Assembly (NCBI GenBank): GCA_002633005.1
Contig: NMRA01000256.1
Coordinates: 200,784-264,783 of the forward strand
Length of the DNA: 64,000 nucleotides
Source: Phoronis australis
Taxonomy: Eukaryota > Animalia > Phoronida
Direction: 5' to 3'
Made by a program: the position numbers and the translations under genes. Under the pieces are notes generated by a model. That model saw nothing but the letters and a program-made list of their open reading frames with translations. It made no database searches and was not told where the DNA came from. Below, piece by piece: positions 32,990 to 47,900 of this stretch (within the stretch, counting starts at the first letter, position 1; every line of letters starts with the position of its first letter).

Positions 32990-35900
32990 CTGCAACAAGA
33001 TCGTAAAATTACACAATGAATATTACAAGTTATTAGTAAGACTGTGAGAGCATATAAATACGCTGTTGTAATTCAGTGCTAAGATGTAGTTATAGTTATA
33101 AGGTGACTTGACGTAATCAGTAGAGGGAGTACTTAAGAGACTATGGAAAAATCTCACTAATCTGGACAAAAATAATTAACAACATTGCTCTTTTTCATTT
33201 TCAAGGGTTTATATTATTGCTGTGAATGCCTCCAACCTCTGAAAATATAGTCAGGGGATAGCTACAGTATAGAACTAGGACATGGAAAATAACTAGATGA
33301 TACATAACATTTATGAAAAAATGAGGAGAAAATTTTCAGCCATCTGCCATATTGTGTCCTAAATTGGTGACATTTTAATACAATGTTCACTGTATCATAA
33401 CACTAGTCTGTAACCTCGACCAACAGCCTCGGGGAAGTCATGTGTCTGGTTGGGCTTGTGCTGAAGGCTTTGTGTGTTTGACAATTAGAGCTGAAGTCTG
33501 ACATTTGAAACAAAGTAATGTTCTGTTGTACCTCTCATCAAATGTCAAAAGAATGGAGCAAATTTTTGAAGTTGGCAGGCTGAATAGGTTTCAGGGCAAA
33601 CTGGTCCATCTTTGAGAATAAGTGGGTAGACTTTTACACCAATTGACCCACGTACTAAACAGAAGATGAAGTTCAAAACTGTTAAAAGCAATGAGAATCA
33701 AAAGGCCTGAAAAAGCTCGACAGCAATTTGAAATCAATAAAAATCAGACTTAAAACTTGCTGATTTGGCAAATAAATAATGCATATTACATAATATTAAG
33801 AGTGGCAACGAAAAACAGCAAAGCTATACAATATTTGAATACTGAATTTTTTAAAAACTCACAAAAGGTGACAATTACCTCAAATTACCAGTCAGCAATC
33901 TCTTACTTCTGATCTAATGATCATTACATCAATTTCTAACTTTCAACGCACATGGAAGTCGTTCTTGAGAAAAAGACAAACTAAAAGCAATGGACTTAAA
34001 GTACCCTGATTGTGCAAGATAAATTCCCTCGTGAAAACCAAGGCAACAACCAGGAGCATGACATCTCACCGTGATATTTCAATGTTTCAGTTTCATCACT
34101 GTTTAAGCTTAAAGTGAATTTCTTGAGTCTGCGTGTAACGTGCAAAGTAACGCGATACTGCAAGGTTGTGTAAACATTTTTAGCAGTTTTCAACTAAAAA
34201 CTGACAAATGCCAGCTCTTGAAAAGGCAAACATTTGGAGCTAAAGTTCACAAAAACTTCTATTTTCATAGTTATAAACGTAGCTTCATTGAAACTAAAGA
34301 AAAGTCAACAAAAATCATCAATGTCCTTGAAAACTACTAGAGGACAGGTCGAGTGCTTACGGTGAGGCCACAAAGTATAGTTGATTCTGGTCTCATTTTT
34401 TTAAATCGAGTCGGTGGTGCGGTATTTTTTTAGTTGCTCACTAATCCAACAAAAAACTCTACATGATCGCTTGGCAAATCATAGCATTTCAAATCTTACT
34501 TACTCTTGGTTATAAACCTTGGCTGAAATTGATGTGGGCGAGCCTATTTTTAGTTGTTAACCTCAGGTCTCAAAATGAGTCAGGGGACAGACCAGAACCA
34601 AGATACTTGTCTGGCACAATGAACAGGTTCAGATGTGACATATCCACTTGGCTGCTGAGGGTAAAAAGCTTAGAAACAAATTATAGCTACGGCCCGGCAC
34701 ACACAAAGAGATACGTGTTAAGGTAACAACCTCGACTGCCAGTAAGCTAGGCGCGTAAATTGATGCTGGTTACCTGCAAAGAGCAAGGAAAGTGCTCAAT
34801 GAAAAATGTCAGCTGGGCAAGTTTATTGTCTTATTTTCACTACTTAAAGGGACACTAAACTTTGTTTTGGTGATTACACCCAAACATTGTTCTGTTCTCT
34901 GATAACGCACTTTTGGTGTGATACTTGGATGATGAGGCCAGTATTCAACTCATAAGATGGATCCTGTGGTTTTTGGTGGGTAGTTTTACTCCACAGTTAT
35001 TGTGCAACTCATCAAATGTGTTAGTCACACTTGTCGGTTCAGCAGGCTTAACAAAGACTTTCAAACTTGCTCTAAACTTTTGAGAGCTGACGAGACCATA
35101 ATTTAATAATATCAGAGCTTGATGACAAAAGTTGATATTGATATCAGTTAATACGCCACAACAGGGTTTAGTATCCTTTTAAAGTAAGGGACAAACAATT
35201 CATTCTACCGCGTTCCCTGCACATAACAGAACCCCTCTCGAAGGTGACATCACAATGTCACAGGACTGAATGGTTAAATGTTATTTAGCAAAGCTAATTA
35301 GCCAAGCTTTCAGCTCATCTTGCCCAGTACTCTGAGGATTTGGGCTTGTGAGTTAAAAAAACAAAACAAATATGGGATGTACACCTCCTGCACATGTGGA
35401 GGAATACCATAATCACAGATGATTAGACGTAGATGTGAGCCATGTGCTTAACTTACTGCCAGCTGAAGCAGCTGGCTAAGTGCATAGTTCATAGTCTGGG
35501 CCAGGTCTAAACTCAACTATCAAAGTCATGCTGCCATAGGATAAAAGGAAACCACTGCCACTGCTAGCTGACCCCCATGAAAATATGCGCCATGTATTGA
35601 GCAGCAAATATAAGTGAAAAAGCCAAGATCTAGAATAAAGAGATGTCTGGAAAACAAGCAAAACAGCAGTCAACATTCCTGTATAGCTCTGTACTGTAAA
35701 ATCTCACCAATTTCGGGAAGAACACCTGCCAAAAATTGCCCCTTCTTTCAGTTTTCAAGGGCTTTTAACATAGCTGTGCATAGTGATTGTGAATGCCCAT
35801 GATTTTTCAAATGATGCAGAGTCTGAACACAGAAAAGCAGTAATTTGGTGCTGAACATCTTTTAGGAAAAAATGACAAAACAAAATTTCAATTGCTATAC

Positions 35901-38900
35901 GGTGTCCTATATTGGTGAGATTTTCCCCGTATTAAATTTTGACTGCAACCCATGTGGTGCAATTACTGATTTTGCTCCCTAGTACACCACCTGTGAGGTC
36001 GGCCACATGCTCTACAAAATTTACAAATATCAGACATTACTTTTAAGTAGTAAGCATCTTGCTGAGCCCAGGTTGATAATTTGCACTCAGCCTTAACATA
36101 CAAGTCATTGTTATTGAATTTCACAATTATTATTACAAATGTTACTAATTTTAGAATCCTGGTAAATAAACGTCAACCTATGTTCCATGGTGCTCTATAT
36201 GAAAAAATTATAAAACCAACATAGGGATGAACATGGCAGCTGTTGGGTGGATGCTAAATAATATATTGCAGTCCTAGAAGGGGGATAGACTGAGAAAATC
36301 CTAGAAAAGGTGGTTGTTGACTAAAGGTGGACACACTGGGACATGTTCCGACAATGCCAGTCACTAGCAAGTCAAAGCTAGTGAGAGGACAAGCTCCTCC
36401 TGACACACAAGGCAGTATGTCACTCGCCTTATCGAACACTTCTCCAATCCAGAAAAAACAAGATTTGAAAATCCAAAAGTACGATGCACCAGGGTGATGA
36501 AATATAACATGAAGCCAAGTGGGAAAATGGACTTCACATCCACACATCTGACAAATGTCTGGCCCCAACTGAGACATCACCCATATACACAGATATTTCC
36601 AACCAAAACTACAAGGCCAATGGACTGATTTCTTCCAAAGTGCCCACAAGTATGCAAAAACAGTCAACACAAAAATACATCAGGGGGCACTGTAACACAA
36701 AGGATGACTTGAGAAACTCAAGCCTCGGGTTCTAGACAATTATTTTCAAAAATAATTTAATCCCACTCATAAGTATGGAGTTTCTGAGAATTGCTAAATT
36801 TTATTGATTAAAATAAATTACATTCACCTTTTTGTACAATGACAGGAGGCAGTGTGGTCTAGTGGGTCGAGTGCCTGCCTCATGTTCTCTAGGTCGAAGG
36901 TTCTTATCCCACTGGACCCCACTGCTCAGTCTTCATTTGCGTATATGTCTATGTGTGTTATATGTAATGTTAAAACAATAACAAGAGCAACGCAGAGCGT
37001 TGAAATGCGCCCACAATTGCACCGCATACGGTATCCTTCTAGGGTTGTTTATTGGTACCATAAAGTGGCCAGTAGAGAGCATATATGTAGTATGTTGTAC
37101 TTTGCAAAATGGAAAATCATGGTCATTGTCTCCTCAATAGGCTAGGGGCAAAATGTGAGTAATCTTCATAATACAAGCACATCCTATACACCAGATGCTT
37201 AAAGCACCACAGAAACATAAAATTAAAAACAAATTTACCAACATACGAGATTAGCACAGCATTAGAATGCCAGAAACAAATTTCTACTTGGAACTTTTCC
37301 TTCATAGTCACGAAGTAACACAAAGTACACACCTGAAGAAAATACAGAGGTCAATGTAAAATACTAAAATTGCCACTAGAGGCAAATACTAAAATTGCCA
37401 CTAGAGGAATACCGGTAGTCAGAATCATCCTAAAGTCGTCATCGTCCGTTGTCAACATCACATAAATACACTTGCTAAATTTAGTAAAGATCCTGCAAAC
37501 GGTTTGGGAGATACAGCCATGGGCGCAAAAAAAACAAAACTACCACTAGGAGGCGCCACAGTAGTCCAAATCATCTGAAAATCATTGTCAGCTGTCTTCC
37601 TTATAGTAAGCACATACACGCCAATTTTCACAATCATCCTTTGAGCGGTTTGGTTGATAGAGGGGTGGACGCAAAAATACAGACTCGAAAACAGTAAAAA
37701 TGGCCACTAGGTGGCGCAAACTATGTCGAATCCATCTGAAAACAGGAGGATAGCGTCATCTCACTAATAGGTGCCTACATACCAAATTTCATGAAAATCC
37801 GTTCAGGACTTTTGAAGATACAAAGGTAAGCGTAAAAAACTAAAATTGCCACTAGGGGGCACACCGGTAGTCGGATCCGTCTGAAAGTTCGCACATGCCG
37901 TCCCATTCATGAATGGAACATATGTGCCAAATTTCATGAACGTATGTCAAAGGGTTTTGGAGATAGAGCAGTGGACGCCGGACGCCAGACGCAGGACGCC
38001 GGACGGACGCCGCCCGGACGGACGGACGGACAGAGATGACGGCATAATGCATCCACATATAAATATGTGGGCGCATAAAAATGGGTTCATGGGTTCGATG
38101 CAGTAGCCCAGCTGACCGGCCTTCGCACGTCTAGTGCAACATGTACCAGCTCACCTGCACCAGTTTTGTTGCTAATCTGTCATGTGATATTAATTACATA
38201 AGCAACATATGATATTTAGGAAAAGAGAAAAGGGCACGTAACCCAAAAATTTTACTTAAGCCTAAAACCACTTTTCATGGAATGGAGTCAGAATCTTCCT
38301 TTCACACCAATGTGAAATCGTGTTAAACAACTCATATGATAACCCAGGTATGTACTAGCCAGACTTCATGTTGCAAGGTCACACTATCCAACGCTCAATA
38401 ACCTTACCTCTAGGAGGAGCAAAGAACGAAGCGGAGGGAGAGATCTTGCTGTAGTCTTCCTCATTTTTATCCTGGAAAACAGATTTAAACAGAACTTCGA
38501 CAAACATAGTCTAAAGAGTAACAGAAAAAACAGCAGCAGCTGAAAATAATAAGACAGGAAATAATTATCTGACATTCAGTCAGCACAACCATTTCAAAAA
38601 TGTATCCTGGGACAAGACCAACAAATTCCAAATACAAAGTCAACACTATTTACTGAAGATGTGTAGCAGTGCTCAACAATGATTTGGAAACACTCCTTTT
38701 TTATAAACCACGGTTATGCAGGACCAACAAGCCAAATATAAATAAAACAAAAATACACTGGACTCAGAAAAAGTAATATTTTTCAAAAGTAGAATACCTG
38801 TAGAATTGGATTTTTCCACCAGTCTGTCACTGATTGGGTCACATGACCATGTACTTTTAATAAAATTTAGCAACAAAGGCAAAGTGATAGCAAATGGGTA

Positions 38901-41900
38901 TTAAGAAAATGATCAGATTTTCTTTGATACAAATGTTCAAGTTGAAATCTCAAAGAAGTCCATGTCGCAACATGTTAGTGAATAAAAGAAAGTATGCTAT
39001 GGATTTGGTTTGAGCTCTCACCGGCGCTAAACAGTTAAACGTCGGATGCCTGTTTTATCTGCAGACGGACCATTTCAAGTGACTATAACCTCTCACTGAG
39101 GCTAAATAGTTAAATACCAGATGCCTATTTCATTTGAAGGACTATTTCAAATACACTATAACATCTCACTGAGACTAAACAGTTCAATGTCAGATGTCTA
39201 TTTCATGTGGAAATGGACTATTTCAAGTGGTTGTAACCCACATTCTGTCAAAGAATTGAAATTCTTATTTAGACAACTCATCACTATGAAATTGATCTCA
39301 ACTCCTCCCAGACAGAAAGAGTTTCTTGGCATTGAAAAACACTGACACTTGGCTATTCCTTGAGACCATGCTTGGCACATAAAACCACATGTCGTGACAA
39401 GCCAGTTTGTAAAATCTGGTCTTGGGAAATAACAAACTGTCAGTTATTTCAAAGCCATGAAATTTCATCCAGTTTGACTAATGAATGATTCCACACCAAT
39501 TTTACAACCCGGTAAGTACTCTAAATGAAAAGCTGCTTTGTGTGGTGCCAAGATTGCTTTAAAAGACCCTTAGAGGGCACCTTCCTCAACCACCCCCGTC
39601 CAGTTGACCTACATGTTCAACACTGAGTTCATAGAACTTGACCGAGATGATGTCGTGGTTGTCGGCCAACGCCCCCGTCGCTGCACTCAGTCCCATGAAG
39701 TAGCCTGTGGGAAGCTTAATACCCTCCACGGAGAAACACTCCTTCCATGAGCTGGTGCCATCAATGTCCACAGAAACCTACAGTAAAGTTCAATAAAAAG
39801 AATAATTATCAATGCTGAATTCTACACATAGACAGCAGAAAACTATGATCAGATGCACAGTGTTTTGATCAACAATTTCAACATATACTGTGTAGTACAC
39901 AAGTTACCTTGAGAGTGTCTTTTGAGTAGCGTATGGCGGCGTATGTGTCGTGCGCTGCACCCCTGAACTGTGCCTCACAGCCAGCGACCTCTGTGTGTGT
40001 GCCGTCTCGGTCGTGATCATAGGAGAGTGTACCATCATTGACCATGGCAGAAATATATGGATGGATATGCTGTAAAATGAAAACTAATCAGATTAAGGTT
40101 ATGTTGGATACTAGCAAAGTGTCCAAATATGGCCAACTTTGGAGCATCATGTCTCAGAAGTGGCTAATTGGATTCACATGAAACAAAAACACATACTATG
40201 ATTTATGCACTGTTCTCTAAAACTTTGTTAAGACTGATTAATTTTATAATGTTCCACGTTTGCATGAAGGGCTAACAAAAATAGGACTTTCACGATTTTT
40301 AAGCGAAAACTCATCACTTGCATAAAACAAGAACAAAATAATTCAGAAAACTGCAACAGCGTTTTTAATATTTGATCCTGAACATTAATATCAAATGTTT
40401 TGCTCATCAACGTAATATCTTTCTTTTTTGCTACTTTCGGAAAATGAAATGCTTTTGTCAAGTTTAAGATATTTGGCTACTACATGGACTGATCATATCA
40501 TGCATAACCTTAAACCAAAGTAACACAATATTACAATTCAATTTCCATTTTGGCACATTGGTAGGTTAAAGGTATGTAGTGAAGACAGACAGTAGATTAA
40601 GGTAAGTGAACGCTTGTAAAAGGTTCAAATTTGACTAATATCAAAACATCATGTCTTAAAAATAGCAGTGTTGAGATTCACATGAAACACTCAGACACAA
40701 TTCTTTACGCACTGTTCTCCAAAATGCTGTTAAGAATTGTTCTCAAAATGATCCATATTTGCATGAAAGGTATCAAAAATGGGACTTTTTATAATTTTTT
40801 CTAAAAAAATCTTTAGTTGCATATAAAACGAGGTGATATTTTAGAAATCTGCAAGTGTTTTTGAGATTTCAACAAGAACATTTATATCGACTAAAGTATG
40901 ATCAAGTGTTTACTAAATAAATGGTTACAGTACAATTGTTTTGTTATGAATGTATGTTCATGTCTTGTTCAATAAATACTACAAAAGGCGTGATCATGTG
41001 TTTCAGTTAATGATAGTTTGGTAACATATCATCAATATAATTATACAAGGCTGGCCTTTTACTTTCAGAAACTGTATACCTTTATTTTAGTGAAAACCTA
41101 CAGGTCTCTATATATTTGCCTAAATACACAGACTAGTCAATCACTTAAAAGCAAGTCATATTGTTGCTGCAGTCTACGATAAAATCTCACCAATGTAGGA
41201 CACAATGTGACAGAATACTAAAATTCTATTTCCTGGTTTTTCCACATTAAAATAATGCTTCTGTTCAAATTCTGTATCAAAACTACCATGAGACAATGTT
41301 TTGGAGAAATTGTGGACAGTCACAACAATGGTAGACCTTAAAAAATGAAAAAAAACATCAATTTGCTAAACATGTGTCCGAAACTGGTAAAATATTACTG
41401 TGGGTCAAATCAACAGGAAAAAAATGAAAAGCACCTTAACTAACAATATCATATTTACAACACTACATATGAGTCCAAAGTAAGCAAAGAAATAACTGTA
41501 TATAGTATGTAAGTGTTATAAATATGAGCTTGTTCGCTAAAGCGTTGTTATTTGTTTTCTCGTGAACCCTAACTAATATAATTAGGTCTTCCCATTATAA
41601 AATCAGCAATATTAGGCAAAATATAATGAATAATTTCAAACTGGTAATTTCCCTTCACAGTTTGTACAAAATTTGTTTGCCAGTTTGCCAACAAATTATT
41701 TTTTTATTTTTTTAACCTTTTGGCAAGACTTTAACAAAGCTTGACAAATTATGATCACCAACTTTTTGTTAAAAAATTACTGTACGTGACAACAAATTCA
41801 TCGTCATAGAAGTCTTCCCGCATGACTAAGAATGAAAGGAAATTAACATGACAGTAATAGACCGGCAGCCCAGAGCACTTAGCATAGATGAACTAGGTAC

Positions 41901-44900
41901 CAACATCTGCCGGGCACAATCCAGAGTGTAATTTGTCTGTCATAGGGCATTTAGTGATCTGTGACATGTATTGAATCATATGGAATTGGTTTTGTGTGGT
42001 ACCTCGAATGTATGTTCTAGCTCATTTTTAGGGGGTCCTTTTTTGGTTTCTGCCGGACCCATTCCAGAGTGCAATTTGTCTGTTATGGGTCATTCCGTGT
42101 TCAGTGCGGTACTATTGTTTGTTTTATATCAGTTTTGGTTGGTATAGCTCATTTTTGGGGCCCTTTGTAAGGCCCCCAGGGGTCACACCCAGAGGGCAGA
42201 CAACAGCAGACGTCCATTTCTGTACATACTGAGGTGGACTCTAAATGCACCCGTGGTCAGATGTTGGTACCTCCTTCAGTCTATAAGGTGGCTCAGCTAT
42301 TCATGTGAATTTTTTGGCCTTGATGTAATTACCAATCACTTTTGCTGTTAACAAAAGTAGCCATCAAAACGAGGAAACGGTATATTTTCTAATTACTTTA
42401 GTTTTGTACTGTAAGATAGTCACTTATTTTTATAATGGCAATCCAGATTAAAATTCATCATTGGTCGCTTATTATTGAGGACAATTTCAAAAAAACAAGG
42501 CAGATAAGATTCTTAGCTTATGAATAGCTGAAAACACTTGTGCTGGCCTCGGGCTAGAGCAGCAATGCAGGACGCACTAGCTCAACTTAACAGAACTGAG
42601 ACATGTCAGCCATTATAATACAATGCACTCACTTTGCACTTACATGTAAATATATACGTCAAATTTTATAATCATCCTTACAGTGGTTTGGCCTCGAAAA
42701 GTAAAAACAGTCACTAGTAAGAGCAAAGAACGTTGAATCCATTCAAAAAGATCAAGGTGGCATCATCACTTTTAGATACTATTTGTCAAATTTCATGATG
42801 GTCTGTTAAGGAACTACGTCGATACAGAGGCAAACATTACAAACTAAAATAGAAACTAGAGGACCCACTGGTACTCAGATCCATATGAAAATTAGCTCAT
42901 GTCGGCCCATCCATGAAAGGAACATATCTGCAAAATTTCATGATTTTATACATCATGGAGTTTTGGAGATACAGCAGCGGACAGTTGCAAGGAGATGACG
43001 GCATAATGCACCCACTTATAAATGGGTTTATAAAAAGCGACAGAGATTTGCAGAAACTTGAGTACTCAGCATCTGGAAAAATATGTAAATGGTCCAAGCA
43101 TTTGTGCAAGGATGTCATGGTATTAACTTGGGGTATCCGAGCTTGTTTCAATAAGCATGGAGCTATTATGCTACAATCTCAAGGATGACTTTAAAACTCT
43201 TGAACAAAATACAAGTTGTCACTACAGATGCTGCAAAGTGTATTGTACTTGTTTGTGGATTTGGACATCACATTGAGATATGTTGGCTTATTTCCAGGTA
43301 AATATGAAAAGTAATCCACATAAATACAGACACCATGCTAAGAATTGAACAGATTCGTATATGAGCAATAGTCTTGAGTTATGGAGAAATATGACTTGCA
43401 GTAAAAATTATCTAATTCGGGACAGTGAAGAAATTTTGTTAAGTCAGAGATTGACCCAGTTTCAGAAATAGGCAATATTGGCCGTCTCAAATTCAAGAAT
43501 TAAGATCAACACCAGACGATCACCCACCTTTATAGTGTTACATAATATGGAGATGCACAATGTTGCACTGGCAGCTGTTTTTGACAATTTTAAGAAGTGA
43601 CAAAGCTATTAACAGACTCTGACACTGATATGATACAAAATGCAATGTGTCCAACATATGAGAACTATGATGCATGTCACCAAAAACTTCCATGTCACAA
43701 TCTTCAGAACCAAGAAAATTCAATTAGTGGCAACACAGCTAACTCACGTTGTGAGGTCCATTCTGATTGGCGTATGTGTCAAAGAAAATTGCAAGCCCGG
43801 AAAAATGATCCTTACTGCCGAAAACAGTTCCTGTAAAAGAACACAGTTTTAAGGTGACATGGTAAGTGAGGCTTAAAAGTGGAGGCTAATTACTTATCTC
43901 TATGATTACTTGGCTAAAATAGTAAGAAACATAACAATGGTGTGAATATGAAGTAGCTTGAAAGTTGTAAATGTTTTTAAGAATGAGTTTGTGGTGAAAA
44001 TGATCCGCCGCAATCACTGAACTGTGTCCAATCAGTATCGTGACGTGGTGCTGGGGAATAACACTGCATGATGCCGGCTATGTGAGCCCGCGAGGTACGT
44101 CATTAGTTCAAAGGTCACCTGTTTGCAGATTTTTGTTTCCACATTTACATATTATCAATGAATTCAACTGCACTTTATTTAGTGTAGATTATGTTAAAAT
44201 AATACTGTCGTTTAGTTCTTGCAATACATTAGCATAGTTAGGAGCATGCAAATACATATTTGAAGGTCAATAGTCCATATTGTATCATGAAGTGCAATTG
44301 GTTTCTTGTGTACGATCTTACACCACTTTAGTGACATACTCGAAATCACTCAGCACACAAAACAGCATAATTTCTTTAGCAATGTACAGCAATAAACTGG
44401 ACAGCATCAAAATTCGATGACGTTTTGTCACACACAAGCATGATTAAACATCCCTTTTGTGTAGCACAAACAATTAGAATCAGGTGCAATAAAGTCACAT
44501 TAAATTCGAACTAAGACCAACAAAATGACATTTTACGGCTGGAAATTTGGCTAAAAGGCCAAATCATTCTGGCACGAAGTTTGTTCGTGTTTGGCTGAAA
44601 ATGACAGACCTCTGTCAAAGCCTCTTTATCTTATTTTTTTAAAACTACAAAAAAGTATACCAAATGATTTGCAAGAAGACAAGATATAACAGTCAAAAAC
44701 ATTGCAAAAGTTGATAAGCTTACCCAGGTCATATCTTAAGTGGCTGGCAAATATTCTCTACATAAATTACGATACCTTTGATTAACTTGGTCTTACAGTT
44801 ACAAAGAGATCTTGGTAATGAGTCTGGCTGCTTTAATAGTCCCATCCCAAATAAGCTCTGCTCTTTTGCAAAGATAATGAAAAGCTAATATTCCATATTT

Positions 44901-47900
44901 CAAAATGTCAGAAACGTTTCGAAATTAGTCAGAAAAGCGAAGAAAGTTTTGAGCTTCCACAGATATTTTTCTGCATGTTAAATTTACAAGTTCTTATCAT
45001 TAAAACTTGCTGAGAAGTGCGAGACATCATTTGCATTATTATGGAGACTGTAATTACAATAACTTTGAAACCAAAAAGACCAAGATCAATGTGCTGAAAT
45101 GTCAGTAAATGTCAAACCATTCAACAAACAACAACATTTCCAGAGGTACAAGTACACCACATCATCAATGGAGCAGCCCTTTAGATTTAGACATTATAAT
45201 AATAATGATAATGATAATAATAAATAACTTTATTTATAGAGGATAAAAAATGTGTAAAACTTATCTACCACACAGTCCTCGAAATTACAATAAATAGATA
45301 AGTAAAGTAAATAAATAAATAAGATGAACAATGATCTGTACAGATGAATGAAAAATGAAATAAATAAGTAAGTTAATTTATTTAATAAATACAATTTTTG
45401 ACATGCATGCAGATATAACAGTTAATTAGATAATAAATAAGTTATTAAGTTGCTTCTAAATGCATGTTTAACAGTAATTGATTTAATAGCTAATGGTAAA
45501 CCATTCCAGGCAATCACTCCACCTTATTAGTAGCTATCCTGAATCGAAAAAAGTCACCTGATTCCAAGTGTTCCTTTGTGTACCAAAAAGCAAAGCCATC
45601 CCCAAAGAGTTCTGTACCGCTGCCGTGAACTTTGAAGTGGACATGGATCTCCCAGTCGCGAGCTGTCACTGGCTGCAATGAAACCACGGCAATGTTCAAG
45701 TGTATTCAGACAGTAATATTGGGAACTTCCATCTACACCTGCTCCACTGTCCTGTGTCAAATAACTGAGTATTTTAATTTTTTCCCGTGGATTGTAGAAT
45801 AATTTCAAGAAAATTGGTAAAACCTCACCAATTTAGGAGCCAATATGGCAGACAAGTGAAATTTTATTTTTTCATTCATGAAAGATATGAAACGTCAAAA
45901 AAAATACTTTATCAGATATATAAAATCTATACCACAGATACCATAAACCAGGATTTTGGGAAATTGCAGGCATTCACAACAGTGTGAGCAGCCCTAGAAA
46001 AATGAAACTGAGATTAAGCTTGCAATCATTTCAGTCTGACAGTGGAGACTTTACCACAGCAAAATCTGACATGTGTGCATCACATTTTACCACAGCAAAA
46101 GCATTTTCATGTGTGCATTTCATATTCTCACAAACAGGAGACAATCTTAGCCAAGAAGTTCAAAATGATCGGCATGAGGTTTTAACATCATTAAAACTAT
46201 TCGCCAATCCAGGAACATAAATCAACACAAATGACAACTGAATAGGCGACAGGGAGTTCACAGCGTTTTTCGTCTTAAGTGGAAGAGAGCCAACTGAAGG
46301 TAAAAAGTGTTTAATTTCAAGTATTGGTAGGAAAATGAAATTTCATATCTCTAAACTTCTAATCTAAATCAATGAAGAAGTTTTCAAAAAAGTTGGAGAT
46401 TTCTGGTAAAATTCGTTACAGACTCACTTTGCCTTCGTCGAAAGTTATGGTGAAAATTGAATTATAATGTACTCAGATGAAAAGCAATATTTTGTCCAGA
46501 AACCATTTAAAATTAGCCATAAATTTTGCTTCCAAATTTGCTAATCATTGCCGAGGCAAAATATCAAGCAACTACAGTAAGAACACTTTACTCTAGTTCA
46601 TGGTGATTTGTACTTTCATTTTACAGCATCCCAAAACAGCATTTGGCTAAATGTTGAGCATTTGAAGTAAGCCCTTGAAAAATTGGAATATATATCAATT
46701 TTAGCAAAATGAAAATTTTTAAGTTATGTCCCACATGTTGAAGACAACAACAACAGAGTGATGACGCTAACATAAGCAATGTTGCACAACGGAAGCACAA
46801 AAAACAAGAGAGGCAACACAACTTACAATGGTATTCCAAATGGATCCTCTCTGACTCTGTCTATCGGGGGTCAGACGTACGTAGTTATTCGTTATCATAG
46901 TGCTACCCCTGAAGTCCCAGTAAGGCCCTGGAACAATTTGAGCAAGAACATATTCAACAACAATTATTTCACATCTCATCCAGCATATTAAGATCATTGG
47001 GTACATTTCTTCCAGCACCTGGCTTTTTTCACTCTGTCACAAGGACTTTGTAGGCCTCACTGAAAGCACGGACTATCGCTTCAAAAGCCAACTCAATTTA
47101 GTTCATTCCTCTCACCCACTCAACTCGCTCATTGCTTGAAAAATGATACACAACTACAGTAAGCAGCCATTAATTGACAAAGGACCATAGACACGGTTCA
47201 AAATGCTCCATCAATACGTTGTCTCCCAGATTACAAAGTTCGACTTATATTTTGTTCAACTTCTCCAAACACAACGAACCAATTGTTTCCTAGTAGGTAA
47301 AACATTCAACACCTCTTTGAAAACTTTGCCCAAAGACAAGTGATAAAACTGCAAGTCAGCACATGTGAGAATTTTGTTTTATTCCTGGGCTGACCTGATG
47401 CATAAGAGCTTATTTCGATCTGTTAGAATATACCTCTGGTATATACCATTAGTAAAGAAGGGAGTATTGTGTACTGTTTTACCTGCAGTATAAGGCCATG
47501 TCCATATAGCAGAGTGTGGATTTATTCGCAAATATAAAGCCATGGCATTCTAGTCTTGGTCATTTACAGTGCTCAACTTCGCAACCTGCAGGTTGTGCTT
47601 GGTAACCTGAGAAACATCACAAGCAGGGACTCATCTAGCGGCTGTCCTGGCCGTCATTGGATCGGCTATTTTAAAAAAATGACGGCGTGGACAGCACGGC
47701 CAAGACAGAAAAAAGACGGTCTGTTTCAAGAGCTAGGCGAAAATGATGGCTAAACGAAGAATGTTAGCATTTTTGATTAATAAATTTTATTGAAAACTAC
47801 AATTCATTGTTTTAGTTCGATAAATATTCAGAAATAACTCGACATTAAAGACTATTGCCGTCTATTTTTACTATAAATGTCACAATGACAATCGGCAAAT

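Noticed and set aside
34700-34775. Acceptor ctttgcag as an LMAN2 exon
   Set aside because: Exon 38471-38408 already links exon 6 to exon 8 in frame, and no LMAN2-like peptide is evident here.
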